Positions 20,384-30,310 of a stretch of DNA of 64,000 nucleotides are shown here, piece by piece. The position numbers and the translations under genes were made by a program. The stretch comes from a phage: assembly GCA_029944565.1 (NCBI GenBank), contig GCA_029944565.1_4115.1; one strand, written 5' to 3'. The stretch's first letter is position 1; every line of letters starts with the position of its first letter. The notes under the pieces are model-generated. The model searched no databases. It was not told the origin of the DNA and was given only the letters and a program-made list of their open reading frames with translations.

Positions 20384-20608
20384 CTATTTATTCAGCCTAG
20401 AAACCTTGATTTCTTCAATCCTTTTCATTGCACAAAGCCTTCGACTCGTCCTCTCGTATATATTCAATACTCGCTGTAATGCATTATCTGTATTATCTGC
20501 AACTGCAATCTGAACCAAATATGTATCCTTCAAAATAGAATCCATCATGAATTCAAAACCTTTCACACTAAAGCAATATGCCACTTCCGGCTCTTCAAAC
20601 GTAATCAT
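20384..20608 (-). CDS. hypothetical protein
   Basis: 74-aa ORF. Confidence 0.45.
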   Translation of the reverse strand: MITFEEPEVAYCFSVKGFEFMMDSILKDTYLVQIAVADNTDNALQRVLNIYERTSRRLCAMKRIEEIKVSRLNK

Positions 20609-20798
20609 AATTCCAATCCCCTATTCCCTCTAACCTTCTAAGATATCTTGCGTAAATTATTTCGAAATATCTGTGCAACGAAATTACGGATTGCTCATAA
20701 TCATCATTCCTGTACATTGTGCATGTCAGAAAATCATTTAACCCAAAATCTAAACTGCACTTGAACTTCTCCTTAGCAACATCTCTAAAATTATTCAT
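20595..20798 (-). CDS. hypothetical protein
   Basis: 67-aa ORF. Confidence 0.45.
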   Translation of the reverse strand: MNNFRDVAKEKFKCSLDFGLNDFLTCTMYRNDDYEQSVISLHRYFEIIYARYLRRLEGIGDWNYDYV

Positions 20799-20980
20799 AA
20801 TATGTCCTCTGTACAGCGTAGGTGTACTGTGAACTCAGCACCACTAATAGGTAATCTATATTGTAAGCACGATTTCCTCGTTGACTAGCACGGCTGGAAT
20901 AAAGAATATTATCCACATATGTATTGAACTGATCTTCAAATAACTCTTTCATCAGCATTATACCATCACATAATCATACA

Positions 20981-21523
20981 TCATACATTAACAACTTTAT
21001 CGATGTAATCTTCTAACATATCAATATATCTGGTATTGGTTCTAACTAAAAGGTATGCAAATCCAGAAAACTCCTGTGTATAATGCTTTACAGCGTACAT
21101 ACAACGAAGCTTATCATTGTCATACATTGTACTGTACTGAAACAAACTCTCGTCTGATAGCTCTAATAACGCTTGGGCTTCACTTCTCGTGAACTTCATA
21201 GGGTCATGTACTGCATCACAAAAACAAACCTGTGTCTCGCTATTGAAACCCTGTGATAGATATATACCTTCACACTCTGAACGCACCGATACTGCATTAT
21301 AACTATGTGTTGCCCCCATCATATCTGAACTCAAAACTAAAATCAACCCATTTTTATTTTTAATCAACAAATCTGACTTAAGGGATTTGATCTCCGTATG
21401 GGAAATATCACCAAATCTTCCTGGGACTTCAAACTTATCAACGTTGTATACAATCTTTTGTACTTGCTCTTTTAAACGCTTAATTGCACTTCTGTCTTTT
21501 TCTAATGTATCTAATAAACTCAT
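20981..21523 (-). CDS. hypothetical protein, family A paralog
   Basis: motif DESLFQYSTMY; start at MSLLDTLEK (internal Met of track ORF). Confidence 0.55.
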   Translation of the reverse strand: MSLLDTLEKDRSAIKRLKEQVQKIVYNVDKFEVPGRFGDISHTEIKSLKSDLLIKNKNGLILVLSSDMMGATHSYNAVSVRSECEGIYLSQGFNSETQVCFCDAVHDPMKFTRSEAQALLELSDESLFQYSTMYDNDKLRCMYAVKHYTQEFSGFAYLLVRTNTRYIDMLEDYIDKVVNV

Positions 21524-21533
21524 TGTACTTTCC

Positions 21534-21878
21534 TTACATATTTGTACCGAACAAAACGGAACTTTGAATGCCATTAATCGACACTTCATGTACATATATA
21601 TTTTGTCTGAACAAAGGAACTAATTGAACTAAACTCGTTTGCATAATAATATGCATATGTACATTGTCATATGCCGTTTCGTATTGGAATCGTGCAGCTT
21701 CATCTTCTATGAAATTCGGAACTTGGACTGGATTCTCAAAATTTGTCCTTGTACTGAACTGTACATCATTGTCCTGTACCTTAATACCATATGAATTATC
21801 ATTGTTATCAACTACATCAAATTCAATTAAACTACCATCTTTACTGACGTTTACTATATAAACCGAAAATCGACTCAT
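21534..21878 (-). CDS. hypothetical protein, family A-like
   Basis: motif EAARFQYETAY. Confidence 0.5.
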   Translation of the reverse strand: MSRFSVYIVNVSKDGSLIEFDVVDNNDNSYGIKVQDNDVQFSTRTNFENPVQVPNFIEDEAARFQYETAYDNVHMHIIMQTSLVQLVPLFRQNIYVHEVSINGIQSSVLFGTNM

Positions 21879-22423
21879 AAACCTATTTCCTCTAAATCTT
21901 TGACAAATGTATCATAATCCGATAATGACAAAAATATGTCTGTACTGATGTTTTGACGTAATGTATTAAACAAATTATGTACCTGTAATAAATCAGGTGC
22001 ATAAATCAGGGATTGCTGGAAATACGATTCTTCTGTATCTAATATATCCCTGCACTCAATTTCACGAACTCGTTGGTATATTGAATTTAATAATACATTT
22101 TCATCTTTGAGCATTGGAAGGTATCGGATGTACATGTGCTCCATCAACTCATCCTGGATTGAACCCCTGAACTGCAACACGTATTCAAAACACATCACTA
22201 CATCTTGTAGGTAATTGGCACTGTAATTATTGCTGTAAACAATCTTATGACTTCTGAACTCATCATCATTTCTGAACCAATTGTCACCTACTTTGGTGTA
22301 CTTATGACTAAGCTTCCCATCCTCCAACGCTCGAATGAACTTCATAATGTTAATTGCAAAATCATATGAATGATGCTTGTGTTGATGCATTTTTACCTCA
22401 ATTCTGTCCGAAAAAATAACCAA
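21875..22423 (-). CDS. hypothetical protein, family A paralog
   Basis: motif EESYFQQSLIY. Confidence 0.6.
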   Translation of the reverse strand: MVIFSDRIEVKMHQHKHHSYDFAINIMKFIRALEDGKLSHKYTKVGDNWFRNDDEFRSHKIVYSNNYSANYLQDVVMCFEYVLQFRGSIQDELMEHMYIRYLPMLKDENVLLNSIYQRVREIECRDILDTEESYFQQSLIYAPDLLQVHNLFNTLRQNISTDIFLSLSDYDTFVKDLEEIGL

Positions 22424-22592
22424 AATGTTTAAAGCAAGAAATCATTACTATGTTCATCACTCTATCATCAAATTCATCTTGTGTTTCTGCACATAATGTT
22501 TCACAGATATTCAAATGTAATAATTCAAGCTGGAAACTGTCGGTGAACCAATCAAACTTACGGTATTTTTGTTTAACATCAACTGTAAGCAT
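22398..22592 (-). CDS. hypothetical protein
   Basis: 64-aa ORF. Confidence 0.4.
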   Translation of the reverse strand: MLTVDVKQKYRKFDWFTDSFQLELLHLNICETLCAETQDEFDDRVMNIVMISCFKHFGYFFGQN

Positions 22593-22593
22593 A

Positions 22594-23217
22594 CTATATA
22601 TCCAACCCTTTTACAACATCTACGAAATGTTCAAACACTTCTTTTGAAAAATAACCACCTTCACAAAAAAGCATACTAAACGGTGGCAGCATGTCCGATA
22701 ACTCTTTAGCTAAATTGATTTCTGCTCTTAACTCTTGAACATCAATGATATCATGTACTAAAGATAATTGAAACATGAATGCATCTACATCTTCATTCAT
22801 TTCTGAATTGTAATATAACTCTTCAGGGAATTTGTCGGTTTCGTAATAATAAAAAACTTTATTGTTGAACACACCACTAATAGGAACATCATTTTCATCT
22901 TTCTTTGAAATGTTTGTTTCCCATGACTCTATATTATTAGGAACAAAAAAATCATAGGCTGATTTTGAACCCTGTACTGAATCCAACTTTATTCCATAAT
23001 ATTCCGTATCCATGTATTTCTGCTGTAATGTAATACCACGTGTACTGACATTCACTTGGAATATATCATCTTTATCTGGAACACTAAATGGAATACATAA
23101 CACTGAATTCTCAGGGTATTTGGCAATGAATGCATCCAGCACTTTATTAAGCACTGGAATGGCAATTTTACTGTACTGCATCAAATCATACATTTTAATT
23201 CTGGTCATATCATTCAC
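22594..23217 (-). CDS. hypothetical protein, family A paralog
   Basis: motif DAFMFQLSLVH. Confidence 0.6.
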   Translation of the reverse strand: MNDMTRIKMYDLMQYSKIAIPVLNKVLDAFIAKYPENSVLCIPFSVPDKDDIFQVNVSTRGITLQQKYMDTEYYGIKLDSVQGSKSAYDFFVPNNIESWETNISKKDENDVPISGVFNNKVFYYYETDKFPEELYYNSEMNEDVDAFMFQLSLVHDIIDVQELRAEINLAKELSDMLPPFSMLFCEGGYFSKEVFEHFVDVVKGLDI

Positions 23218-23749
23218 CTGTGTATGTTTTCACCCTTAGCGATTCAAAATCCCATACATCACTGATTGTACCATTGTGCCTGTAATCATAATATTCTACT
23301 AATACATTATACAATAACTTCAACGATACAAATTCATGATTCCACGGAGCTTTATTCTCATGAACACATTTGGTGATATAAGGTATAATATATAAACTAA
23401 ACAACACTAATGGTGAATGTATACATTGCATTTGAAAATATTCTTCTTCTTTCATACAATGCTCAGGAATAATCAATTCCGTATGTGACCCTAAGCTATA
23501 CGAACCTGCTGTGTATTTTTTCGTATCACATGCGTACCATATTGTACTATCCGAAATAAATGGAATGATACCATTATTGTTTGCAATGTACATCATATGG
23601 TAAGAGCGATTTGTCTTGTTAAATATCTCGATACTTTCGATATTACTACAAATCATGTATTCAAGGCAATCAATGATCTTATCTTTAAATGTACCAATTT
23701 CATTGAATGACATTGCTTTCTGTACTTTTGATACTGTTGTACTGCTCAT
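23210..23749 (-). CDS. hypothetical protein, family A paralog
   Basis: motif EEEYFQMQCIH. Confidence 0.6.
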   Translation of the reverse strand: MSSTTVSKVQKAMSFNEIGTFKDKIIDCLEYMICSNIESIEIFNKTNRSYHMMYIANNNGIIPFISDSTIWYACDTKKYTAGSYSLGSHTELIIPEHCMKEEEYFQMQCIHSPLVLFSLYIIPYITKCVHENKAPWNHEFVSLKLLYNVLVEYYDYRHNGTISDVWDFESLRVKTYTGE

Positions 23750-24288
23750 ATGTTATCCTTAAAAAAATCCAAATACTCTTCATTGAAAGCATATGTATCA
23801 TCTTTTTTGTTATGCACCACATAATCATAAAGAGCTATGAATGCAGGGATTATGATCTTACATGATTTATTATTGTATTTGTGGTACTCCAAATCAACGG
23901 TGTTCAATTTAGCAATAAGCATAGCAACAAAGATATCTTCATGGCGATGTACTGTACTGTACTGAAAATACTCATCCTCTCCAATATCTGGATGATATAA
24001 CGGTATAACCAAATTATTACGAATTGACATCTTATATTTTTGTAATGCAGCTAAATGTATGAACCACAATCTATCTTCATTGAAATATGGAAAAATAATT
24101 TTGTCTGTGCTAATAAAAATTTCTTCATTTCGATTATTTGTCACAAGAGGTGCATACATTTTAATTTTTGCAGATCTAATAATTAAATTAAAAATATAAT
24201 GAATCTTATGAACTGCACTTGATGCATCTTCGTATGTACTTGGGATTATGAAACTCACTATATGTTCTCCTTTAAAATGATTACACAT
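23746..24288 (-). CDS. hypothetical protein, family A paralog
   Basis: motif EDEYFQYSTVH; start at internal Met MCNHFKGEH. Confidence 0.55.
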   Translation of the reverse strand: MCNHFKGEHIVSFIIPSTYEDASSAVHKIHYIFNLIIRSAKIKMYAPLVTNNRNEEIFISTDKIIFPYFNEDRLWFIHLAALQKYKMSIRNNLVIPLYHPDIGEDEYFQYSTVHRHEDIFVAMLIAKLNTVDLEYHKYNNKSCKIIIPAFIALYDYVVHNKKDDTYAFNEEYLDFFKDNI

Positions 24289-24311
24289 GATAACAGCTTT
24301 GCACTTCTTTG

Positions 24312-24352
24312 TCAATACCAAAACGAAAAAAGCCCATATCTTACGATACAGG
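24312..24352 (-). terminator. candidate rho-independent terminator
   Basis: hairpin gccca-N21-tgggc followed by UUUUUUCGUUUU on minus strand, overlapping end of 24341..24847. Confidence 0.35.
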
Positions 24353-24847
24353 CGTGCTGGGCATGTTGATTTGAATTTCATTGTACAAATCATCAATATA
24401 TAGACATGAAAAAAACACACTATCTTGTACTATATTGTTGTGATAAAGCATTTTAAATACTACATAAAAAAATAAATCAATATCATCGTGGACTAAATTC
24501 TGCTGGAACCACCACTCGTCTGTTAAATCTTGTGCATTAAAATCATCAGGAACTTCAATGAACGACATATCACAATCTTCTTTGTACTCAAACCACATGT
24601 CGTCATTCGGATAACGTTCATGCTTCTCTGGGTAACAATTGCTGGGATTAAATGTTAAAATATTAAACCCCGTAGAGCAACGTTCTTTATTTAAAAATGT
24701 ATTATTCCATACCTGATATTTTTCACCAACATCAAGCTCTTCTGTTACTGATTTTATTGCACATAATGTACTGTATATTGTTTCTATCTTGTGAACATAT
24801 TTAAATGCAGCATCTAAGCTGAACTCTAAATCATACATGTACTGCAT
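24341..24847 (-). CDS. hypothetical protein, family A paralog
   Basis: motif DEWWFQQNLVH. Confidence 0.6.
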   Translation of the reverse strand: MQYMYDLEFSLDAAFKYVHKIETIYSTLCAIKSVTEELDVGEKYQVWNNTFLNKERCSTGFNILTFNPSNCYPEKHERYPNDDMWFEYKEDCDMSFIEVPDDFNAQDLTDEWWFQQNLVHDDIDLFFYVVFKMLYHNNIVQDSVFFSCLYIDDLYNEIQINMPSTPVS

Positions 24848-25167
24848 AAAATTACCTCAACTAAAGCAAGGACTGTATTGAATTCCACTATACTTGTAAT
24901 TCCTTGAAGGTACATGTACTTTGCTACTACATATTTCTGTACTAAATTATAATTTTTAAATTCCTCAAAATTGTAATTTAGAACAAAATCTGTACTCAAA
25001 AATAACTTATGCATCTCTAATGCACTTTGATAATACGCGTACAACTCACTGATATCAATACTGGTTAAATTATATTGTTCATATCTATGATACGGGATGG
25101 CTTCAATTTCAATACTATAAAACCATTCTCTTAACTTATTAATATCAAATGTATTATTCAGCTTCAT
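24826..25167 (-). CDS. hypothetical protein
   Basis: 113-aa ORF; no module. Confidence 0.5.
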   Translation of the reverse strand: MKLNNTFDINKLREWFYSIEIEAIPYHRYEQYNLTSIDISELYAYYQSALEMHKLFLSTDFVLNYNFEEFKNYNLVQKYVVAKYMYLQGITSIVEFNTVLALVEVILCSTCMI

Positions 25168-25720
25168 AACTCAATACCTCCATTAAACACTCATACACAC
25201 CATCAATCGCATAAGCACAAAAATTGAAATTAATTTTGTGATTCTTGTGTAATGGACTATTGTGTACTGTACTCATTATGACATTATAAAATAACAAACG
25301 CACTGGTACAAGCATTGAACCTTGGAAAAATTCTTCCTCTGATTTATATGTATTGTACTCTATTGTTTTGTTCGTTTCTTTATCATATGTTACCATTACT
25401 AATGGGGCATTTTTATTATACCATGCGTACTCTAAATCATTCTTTCCAATAACAGCACCAGGTGCGAAATCCAAAAGACCAATAACACTACGGGAATTTG
25501 GGGTATCAGGTGTATTGAATCGTTTATCAAAATGACTCGTGCACGCAATATATGTATTGTACTTCGATGGAATAATACCAATACATTTGTGGAAATGACG
25601 CTTGTGATATTTCTGGGCATTATATAAGGCTGCAACAATACAAGCTAACTTTTGTCCCATAAGGATTGCATTAGCGTAGGTGTACTGAATTTCATTGCTG
25701 GTACGGTACTTCGAGGTCAT
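25154..25720 (-). CDS. hypothetical protein, family A paralog
   Basis: motif EEEFFQGSMLV. Confidence 0.6.
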   Translation of the reverse strand: MTSKYRTSNEIQYTYANAILMGQKLACIVAALYNAQKYHKRHFHKCIGIIPSKYNTYIACTSHFDKRFNTPDTPNSRSVIGLLDFAPGAVIGKNDLEYAWYNKNAPLVMVTYDKETNKTIEYNTYKSEEEFFQGSMLVPVRLLFYNVIMSTVHNSPLHKNHKINFNFCAYAIDGVYECLMEVLSYEAE

Positions 25721-26003
25721 AATATTTCCTTTGCCATATCATGGGCTTAAAATCAATAACAGCTTTCTGTATCTTTTTTAATAATAAGACATCATAACCA
25801 CCCGTGTCAATCACTAATTGCTGTTGGAACAATTCTTCATCGGATAATGTATTGAAATCTACAAAATAATCTGTAACTATCGAATCATTTAAATGTGCCA
25901 TGTACCAACCTGAACTTCTTGAATAAATCAAATTCCACCCATCGTCATCATCTTCTAATTCAACATAAATCATATCTGGGGTATACATCATTTTATACTT
26001 CAT
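25692..26003 (-). CDS. hypothetical protein, family A paralog
   Basis: motif DEELFQQQLVI. Confidence 0.6.
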   Translation of the reverse strand: MKYKMMYTPDMIYVELEDDDDGWNLIYSRSSGWYMAHLNDSIVTDYFVDFNTLSDEELFQQQLVIDTGGYDVLLLKKIQKAVIDFKPMIWQRKYYDLEVPYQQ

Positions 26004-26541
26004 AACTATATCCTTGCATTAATAAATCATAAACTACATGGACTAAATTTAATTGAATATAAAATTTTAAACCTTTAATTAATGGATTCAAATGCATTGT
26101 ACTGAATAACATTAGATACATCATCTCATGCGGTTTTGTGATTAATGATTGTTGGAATACGCCAGCTTCATCATAAGGGTCTATGAACTGAAATTTGTCT
26201 TCATCATAATTTGTATTGGAATGCTGATATATAAAATAATCATCATTGGTATTGTACCACAAATATCCTTCGAATCCTGTACTAACATCTTTGGTCAATG
26301 GGGATGCTGATACTGGATTTGAACTGATTAATGCACCTACATCAACAATCCCCGTTGTATCATATTCGATTTCAACATCAATATCAATGTATTTCCTTGC
26401 GATATCTGCGTTTATGGACAAATATAAACTACCACCTGTCCTCTGACTCAGGATTCCATCTATATGCGATATAGGATGGTTGTTATTGAGGATAAGCATT
26501 ATTGTACTTATCTTGTGTGCTAATAACTCTATCTCATTCAT
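25993..26541 (-). CDS. hypothetical protein, family A paralog
   Basis: motif EAGVFQQSLIT. Confidence 0.6.
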   Translation of the reverse strand: MNEIELLAHKISTIMLILNNNHPISHIDGILSQRTGGSLYLSINADIARKYIDIDVEIEYDTTGIVDVGALISSNPVSASPLTKDVSTGFEGYLWYNTNDDYFIYQHSNTNYDEDKFQFIDPYDEAGVFQQSLITKPHEMMYLMLFSTMHLNPLIKGLKFYIQLNLVHVVYDLLMQGYSYEV

Positions 26542-26741
26542 AATTTACCTATCGATGGATACCTAGGATTTGTAGGATGTAAAATCCTGTCCTGTACTGA
26601 AAGGTGCTCAAATGTAATTAAACTCAAATAATAATCGTAATTATCAATACCACCCTTCAAATGTATATTGTAATACATCTTAATACTATCTAATAATGAA
26701 TCCTGTAATGCATTTAATGTTATCGTATTAATCTTTTGCAT
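26538..26741 (-). CDS. hypothetical protein
   Basis: 67-aa ORF. Confidence 0.4.
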   Translation of the reverse strand: MQKINTITLNALQDSLLDSIKMYYNIHLKGGIDNYDYYLSLITFEHLSVQDRILHPTNPRYPSIGKL

Positions 26742-26889
26742 TAATGTTCTTCTCTTAAAAATCGTTTGATAGCATAATCTAAATAAAATTCATAACACAT
26801 GCTATCTCTGTTCTTTATCCATATTTTGTAATCGGATTTTATATTACGCAACAAATAATTTGTATTAATTGTGTAATAATCTAATCGCC

Positions 26890-27282
26890 CTAATCTTTCC
26901 ATTTAATAGGATACTCCTTTCCTTGTACTATATATGACAAAATCCATCCGTAATGAATAGGATGATTTTTGTCTGAATCAGGAATAAAATATAAAGCTGT
27001 ACTTGGATTATGACTGAATAAATCTTTATTGTCAAATGTAAAATGTGATAATATAATTTTCCTTGCACTTGGACGAATAACATTCTTAACACTGAACTCT
27101 GAACCTTTGTATTTCTCCGATAATTCAAATAATGCATCTGTAATTAAATCACTGATCTCTTGGATTACAAAATTCTGATAAAATGCATTAATCTCTTTTA
27201 ACTCTGTATACAATTCACTTCTGGTATTCAAAAGAAATATTACTTTTTTAAGATCCTGAACTATTTCTGGATTCATATTCAT
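26890..27282 (-). CDS. hypothetical protein
   Basis: 130-aa ORF. Confidence 0.5.
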   Translation of the reverse strand: MNMNPEIVQDLKKVIFLLNTRSELYTELKEINAFYQNFVIQEISDLITDALFELSEKYKGSEFSVKNVIRPSARKIILSHFTFDNKDLFSHNPSTALYFIPDSDKNHPIHYGWILSYIVQGKEYPIKWKD

Positions 27283-27514
27283 TTATCTCATTCTGTAACT
27301 TAAGCATCAAAATTTGCATATTAATTTTTTGTAAAAGGTGCTTGATAAATTTCTGTGCCATTTCTTCTTGTTCTTTTGTACCAAGATAAAATAACAGATT
27401 AAATTCTGATAATCGCAAAGAAAAATCTTCATCACCACCCTTTAAACAAAAATCCCTGTACTTTGTAGCGTACAAATATTGGTTTACCTTTTTATAATAC
27501 CCTGTGTTTTGCAT
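27248..27514 (-). CDS. small hypothetical protein, family B paralog
   Basis: motif YLGTKEQEE. Confidence 0.5.
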   Translation of the reverse strand: MQNTGYYKKVNQYLYATKYRDFCLKGGDEDFSLRLSEFNLLFYLGTKEQEEMAQKFIKHLLQKINMQILMLKLQNEINEYESRNSSGS

Positions 27515-27702
27515 ACTATCTCCGTTCGCAACGAATTTATATAATAATGAACAAATTGTTCTTGTGAACGTGTTCCAAGAAAAATAAACATATCAAACTC
27601 TGTTGTTTTTAAATTCAATGCATCTTTTGTAAAACTCCTGTTGAATTCCCTGTACTTTTGGGTCTTCCATTCTTGATTAATTGTCTTGTATATCGATTTC
27701 AA
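27484..27702 (-). CDS. small hypothetical protein, family B paralog
   Basis: motif FLGTRSQEQ. Confidence 0.5.
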   Translation of the reverse strand: MKSIYKTINQEWKTQKYREFNRSFTKDALNLKTTEFDMFIFLGTRSQEQFVHYYINSLRTEIVCKTQGIIKR

Positions 27703-28003
27703 TGATTCTCCCTGATGTACCTTGTATTAGCTTATCATACATATCGAGCATCACTTTTTGAATACTAATTAGTACTGGCATCGTGCAAATATCAATGTCG
27801 TATATTAAGCTGTACTGGAATAATTCATCTTCCTGCATTTGTACTAAATTAGGTAAAGGATAATTGTCTGCCTCTTCATCCTGGTACTTGAAATGCATAA
27901 CACCATCCTTTTTGTACAAAAGAATGTCAATATCACCTAACTCTTCTGCATAACCAAAAATACATATACTCGATGTTTTTGCTATATTAAATTTCATCTC
28001 CAC
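27677..28003 (-). CDS. hypothetical protein, family A paralog
   Basis: motif EDELFQYSLIY. Confidence 0.6.
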   Translation of the reverse strand: MEMKFNIAKTSSICIFGYAEELGDIDILLYKKDGVMHFKYQDEEADNYPLPNLVQMQEDELFQYSLIYDIDICTMPVLISIQKVMLDMYDKLIQGTSGRIIEIDIQDN

Positions 28004-28239
28004 CTCTCTCCGTCAGCACAAGAGTACTGGTACGTTGTCGTTAGGGTAGGGACCATGTTTGTAATGGGCATGTTGTTAACAATAACCGTAACAGGCATAA
28101 GAATCGTCTCTTCTCTACTCTGTCCTGTCCTTGTGCAATTCATCTTCTGCATTTCATCTGAATCCATGAAATACAATACAAATGGTGCAATCCCAAGAAC
28201 AATACACAAAACGATAAGGAAATTTAAAAAATTTAACAT
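27994..28239 (-). CDS. small membrane protein (predicted)
   Basis: N-terminal hydrophobic stretch LNFLNFLIVLCIVLGIAPFVLYF. Confidence 0.45.
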   Translation of the reverse strand: MLNFLNFLIVLCIVLGIAPFVLYFMDSDEMQKMNCTRTGQSREETILMPVTVIVNNMPITNMVPTLTTTYQYSCADGERWR

Positions 28240-28268
28240 AATTTTTACCCTATGATTAACGTTAGTGT

Positions 28269-28297
28269 ACTATATCAGTAATGAAAAGTACTGTCAA
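28269..28297 (-). promoter_or_regulatory. sigma70-like promoter (TTGACA-17-TATAGT)
   Basis: hexamers on minus strand in the gap upstream of 27994..28239. Confidence 0.45.
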
Positions 28298-28298
28298 G

Positions 28299-28703
28299 CT
28301 AGTATTGCACTGTTCTAATGAAAGTACCTGAACTCATGGATTTAAGCTTATGAACCTCTTCCTGCATACCCTTGATTAACCCTAAAGGTATAGGTACATC
28401 ATGTACTAAGCTGTACTGAAAGTATTCTTCTTCAGATAAAGTACTAACATCTGGAACGCCAATTTTAGTTATATAATCTTGATGTGTTGACCAATAAATT
28501 ATATCTTCAGTACTATTGTACTCCCCATATACTGAACAATATTGATGAATATCTTTCCTGTACCCTTGAGCAATAAAGAACTTATCTACTGCATTACCAG
28601 CATTAATAGAATTCACTTCGATTGTCACAGTACTTGAGCTTGTATAACTCTTAGTATTATCAGTACTTTTAATACTCAACTGTGTGTTCTTCATAATCAC
28701 CAT
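28299..28703 (-). CDS. hypothetical protein, family A paralog
   Basis: motif EEEYFQYSLVH. Confidence 0.6.
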   Translation of the reverse strand: MVIMKNTQLSIKSTDNTKSYTSSSTVTIEVNSINAGNAVDKFFIAQGYRKDIHQYCSVYGEYNSTEDIIYWSTHQDYITKIGVPDVSTLSEEEYFQYSLVHDVPIPLGLIKGMQEEVHKLKSMSSGTFIRTVQY

Positions 28704-29013
28704 TAGGCTCCTGTTTAGATTCTTTCATTAGTACTATCATCTTATGTACTAATGGCATAGGAAACTCTAAATCCCATACTAATGATTCCTGAAAGTATTC
28801 CTCTGGTGATAAAGTACTTAAATCTTTAATATCAACGTGCTTGTATATTTTATTTTCGTAATTAACAAATGATATATATAAATCACTAACATAAGAATCA
28901 TAGGTAATTGTGAATGGCTTACCCTTGTAATCCATTACATCTCTACATAGACTACTTTTGATATATGTATGTTCAAATGATTTATATACCTTGAGTTGTA
29001 TATTAGTTTTCAT
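28669..29013 (-). CDS. hypothetical protein, family A paralog
   Basis: motif PEEYFQESLVW. Confidence 0.6.
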   Translation of the reverse strand: MKTNIQLKVYKSFEHTYIKSSLCRDVMDYKGKPFTITYDSYVSDLYISFVNYENKIYKHVDIKDLSTLSPEEYFQESLVWDLEFPMPLVHKMIVLMKESKQEPNGDYEEHTVEY

Positions 29014-29278
29014 ATTTCTCTTTATTAGCTTGTTTGGTTTTATAGTGAATTAAATCTATTAATGTAATCAAGTACAACGTCAAATAGTACTCTTGTTGAT
29101 CTGTACCTAATGATACAAAGAACTTGTGCTCATAGATTAAAACCTGTTTCTCTTCAAATGGACATTTAATCCTCTGTATAGGCTTAAGTAAATGATAGTA
29201 CTTATTAAATCTATGATACATTTCTAGTTCTGTCAGTACTTTCATATTAAACACATACTCCATTAGCAGTAGCATCAC
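29003..29278 (-). CDS. small hypothetical protein, family B paralog
   Basis: motif SLGTDQQEY. Confidence 0.5.
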   Translation of the reverse strand: MMLLLMEYVFNMKVLTELEMYHRFNKYYHLLKPIQRIKCPFEEKQVLIYEHKFFVSLGTDQQEYYLTLYLITLIDLIHYKTKQANKEKYEN

Positions 29279-29468
29279 GTAAAGCTGTCAAATACTTCTG
29301 TACGGCTTGCTCTTGCTTATTTGTACCTAAAAGTATATACATCCATAATTCACTGTAATGTACATCTTGTGTATAAGGGTCATTGTAACTTTTTGATAAT
29401 ATAGCATCAAATTCAGATGCATAATCCCTTGTGAACTTAAACATATCTTGTTGTGTTATGATTCTCAT
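29247..29468 (-). CDS. small hypothetical protein, family B paralog
   Basis: motif LLGTNKQEQ. Confidence 0.5.
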   Translation of the reverse strand: MRIITQQDMFKFTRDYASEFDAILSKSYNDPYTQDVHYSELWMYILLGTNKQEQAVQKYLTALRDATANGVCV

Positions 29469-29680
29469 AACTTTTCCTGTATAAGCTTCTTAAGTATTTC
29501 TATGTGTGAATTAACAGTTCTTTCTTGATGCTGTGTTCCTAAGAGTGTCAGTACTATCATCTCTGAACGCAAAAGATTTTTTTCAAGTTCACTTATATCA
29601 GTTCTTGAATCAAGTGCCATATATTTGTGATTATTCTTCCTGAATAGTGCCAAGTACTCTTGGTTTGATATTATCTTCAT
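29465..29680 (-). CDS. small hypothetical protein, family B paralog
   Basis: motif LLGTQHQER. Confidence 0.5.
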   Translation of the reverse strand: MKIISNQEYLALFRKNNHKYMALDSRTDISELEKNLLRSEMIVLTLLGTQHQERTVNSHIEILKKLIQEKL

Positions 29681-29892
29681 AGTTTACTTTTAATTTCCAT
29701 TAAAAGTGCTCTAATGTGCTCATTGACAAAACGCTCTTGGGAATCTGTGTCTAGGGTGAGAAGCATTCTTAAATCTGAACCTCTGATGGTATATTCTAAA
29801 TCATTCTTTGATTCTCGCATAAGTTTCTGAAAGGATGAGAAGTGTAATCCCATGAGTTCAATGTATTCTGCTGTTCCTAGTGGTTTTGGCAT
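29677..29892 (-). CDS. small hypothetical protein, family B paralog
   Basis: motif TLDTDSQER. Confidence 0.5.
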   Translation of the reverse strand: MPKPLGTAEYIELMGLHFSSFQKLMRESKNDLEYTIRGSDLRMLLTLDTDSQERFVNEHIRALLMEIKSKL

Positions 29893-30104
29893 TTTAGTTC
29901 AATCGCTCGTTTAAGTGTATTAATATAATCATTAATATCGTATTCTTGATAGTTAGTTCCCAGGGTAGCTAGAACATAGATTTCATTTCTCTTAATAATT
30001 TTATCCATATCTGGTATATCTGATGTGTTAATAACAAACAACTTCAAAAACAATCCATTTATAATTGTTAGGTATTCTTCGTCGGTAATCATTCGCATTT
30101 GCAT
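29877..30104 (-). CDS. small hypothetical protein, family B paralog
   Basis: motif TLGTNYQEY. Confidence 0.5.
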   Translation of the reverse strand: MQMRMITDEEYLTIINGLFLKLFVINTSDIPDMDKIIKRNEIYVLATLGTNYQEYDINDYINTLKRAIELKCQNH

Positions 30105-30310
30105 CTTCTCAGTACTGATTCTTTAAGTTCATTGATGTAGCACTCTACATATTCTTCTTGTAGGTTTGTTCCGATATGTAACAGTACTCTTAAATCTGCT
30201 CTCAGTACTTCTTTATCATCTTCATCTATATCAGACAGTGTTATGTTTAAGAATTTACTTGAACTCTCTATAAGTAATATTACTGAATCACCTTTGCTTA
30301 AAATTTTCAT
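30089..30310 (-). CDS. small hypothetical protein, family B paralog
   Basis: motif HIGTNLQEE. Confidence 0.5.
   Translation of the reverse strand: MKILSKGDSVILLIESSSKFLNITLSDIDEDDKEVLRADLRVLLHIGTNLQEEYVECYINELKESVLRRCKCE

Noticed and set aside
10873-25720. Engineered TEV-protease tags (synthetic construct) as the source of the ENLYFQ-like motifs
   Set aside because: About 50 diverged copies embedded in native-looking overlapping operons with varied codons; incompatible with inserted synthetic tags.
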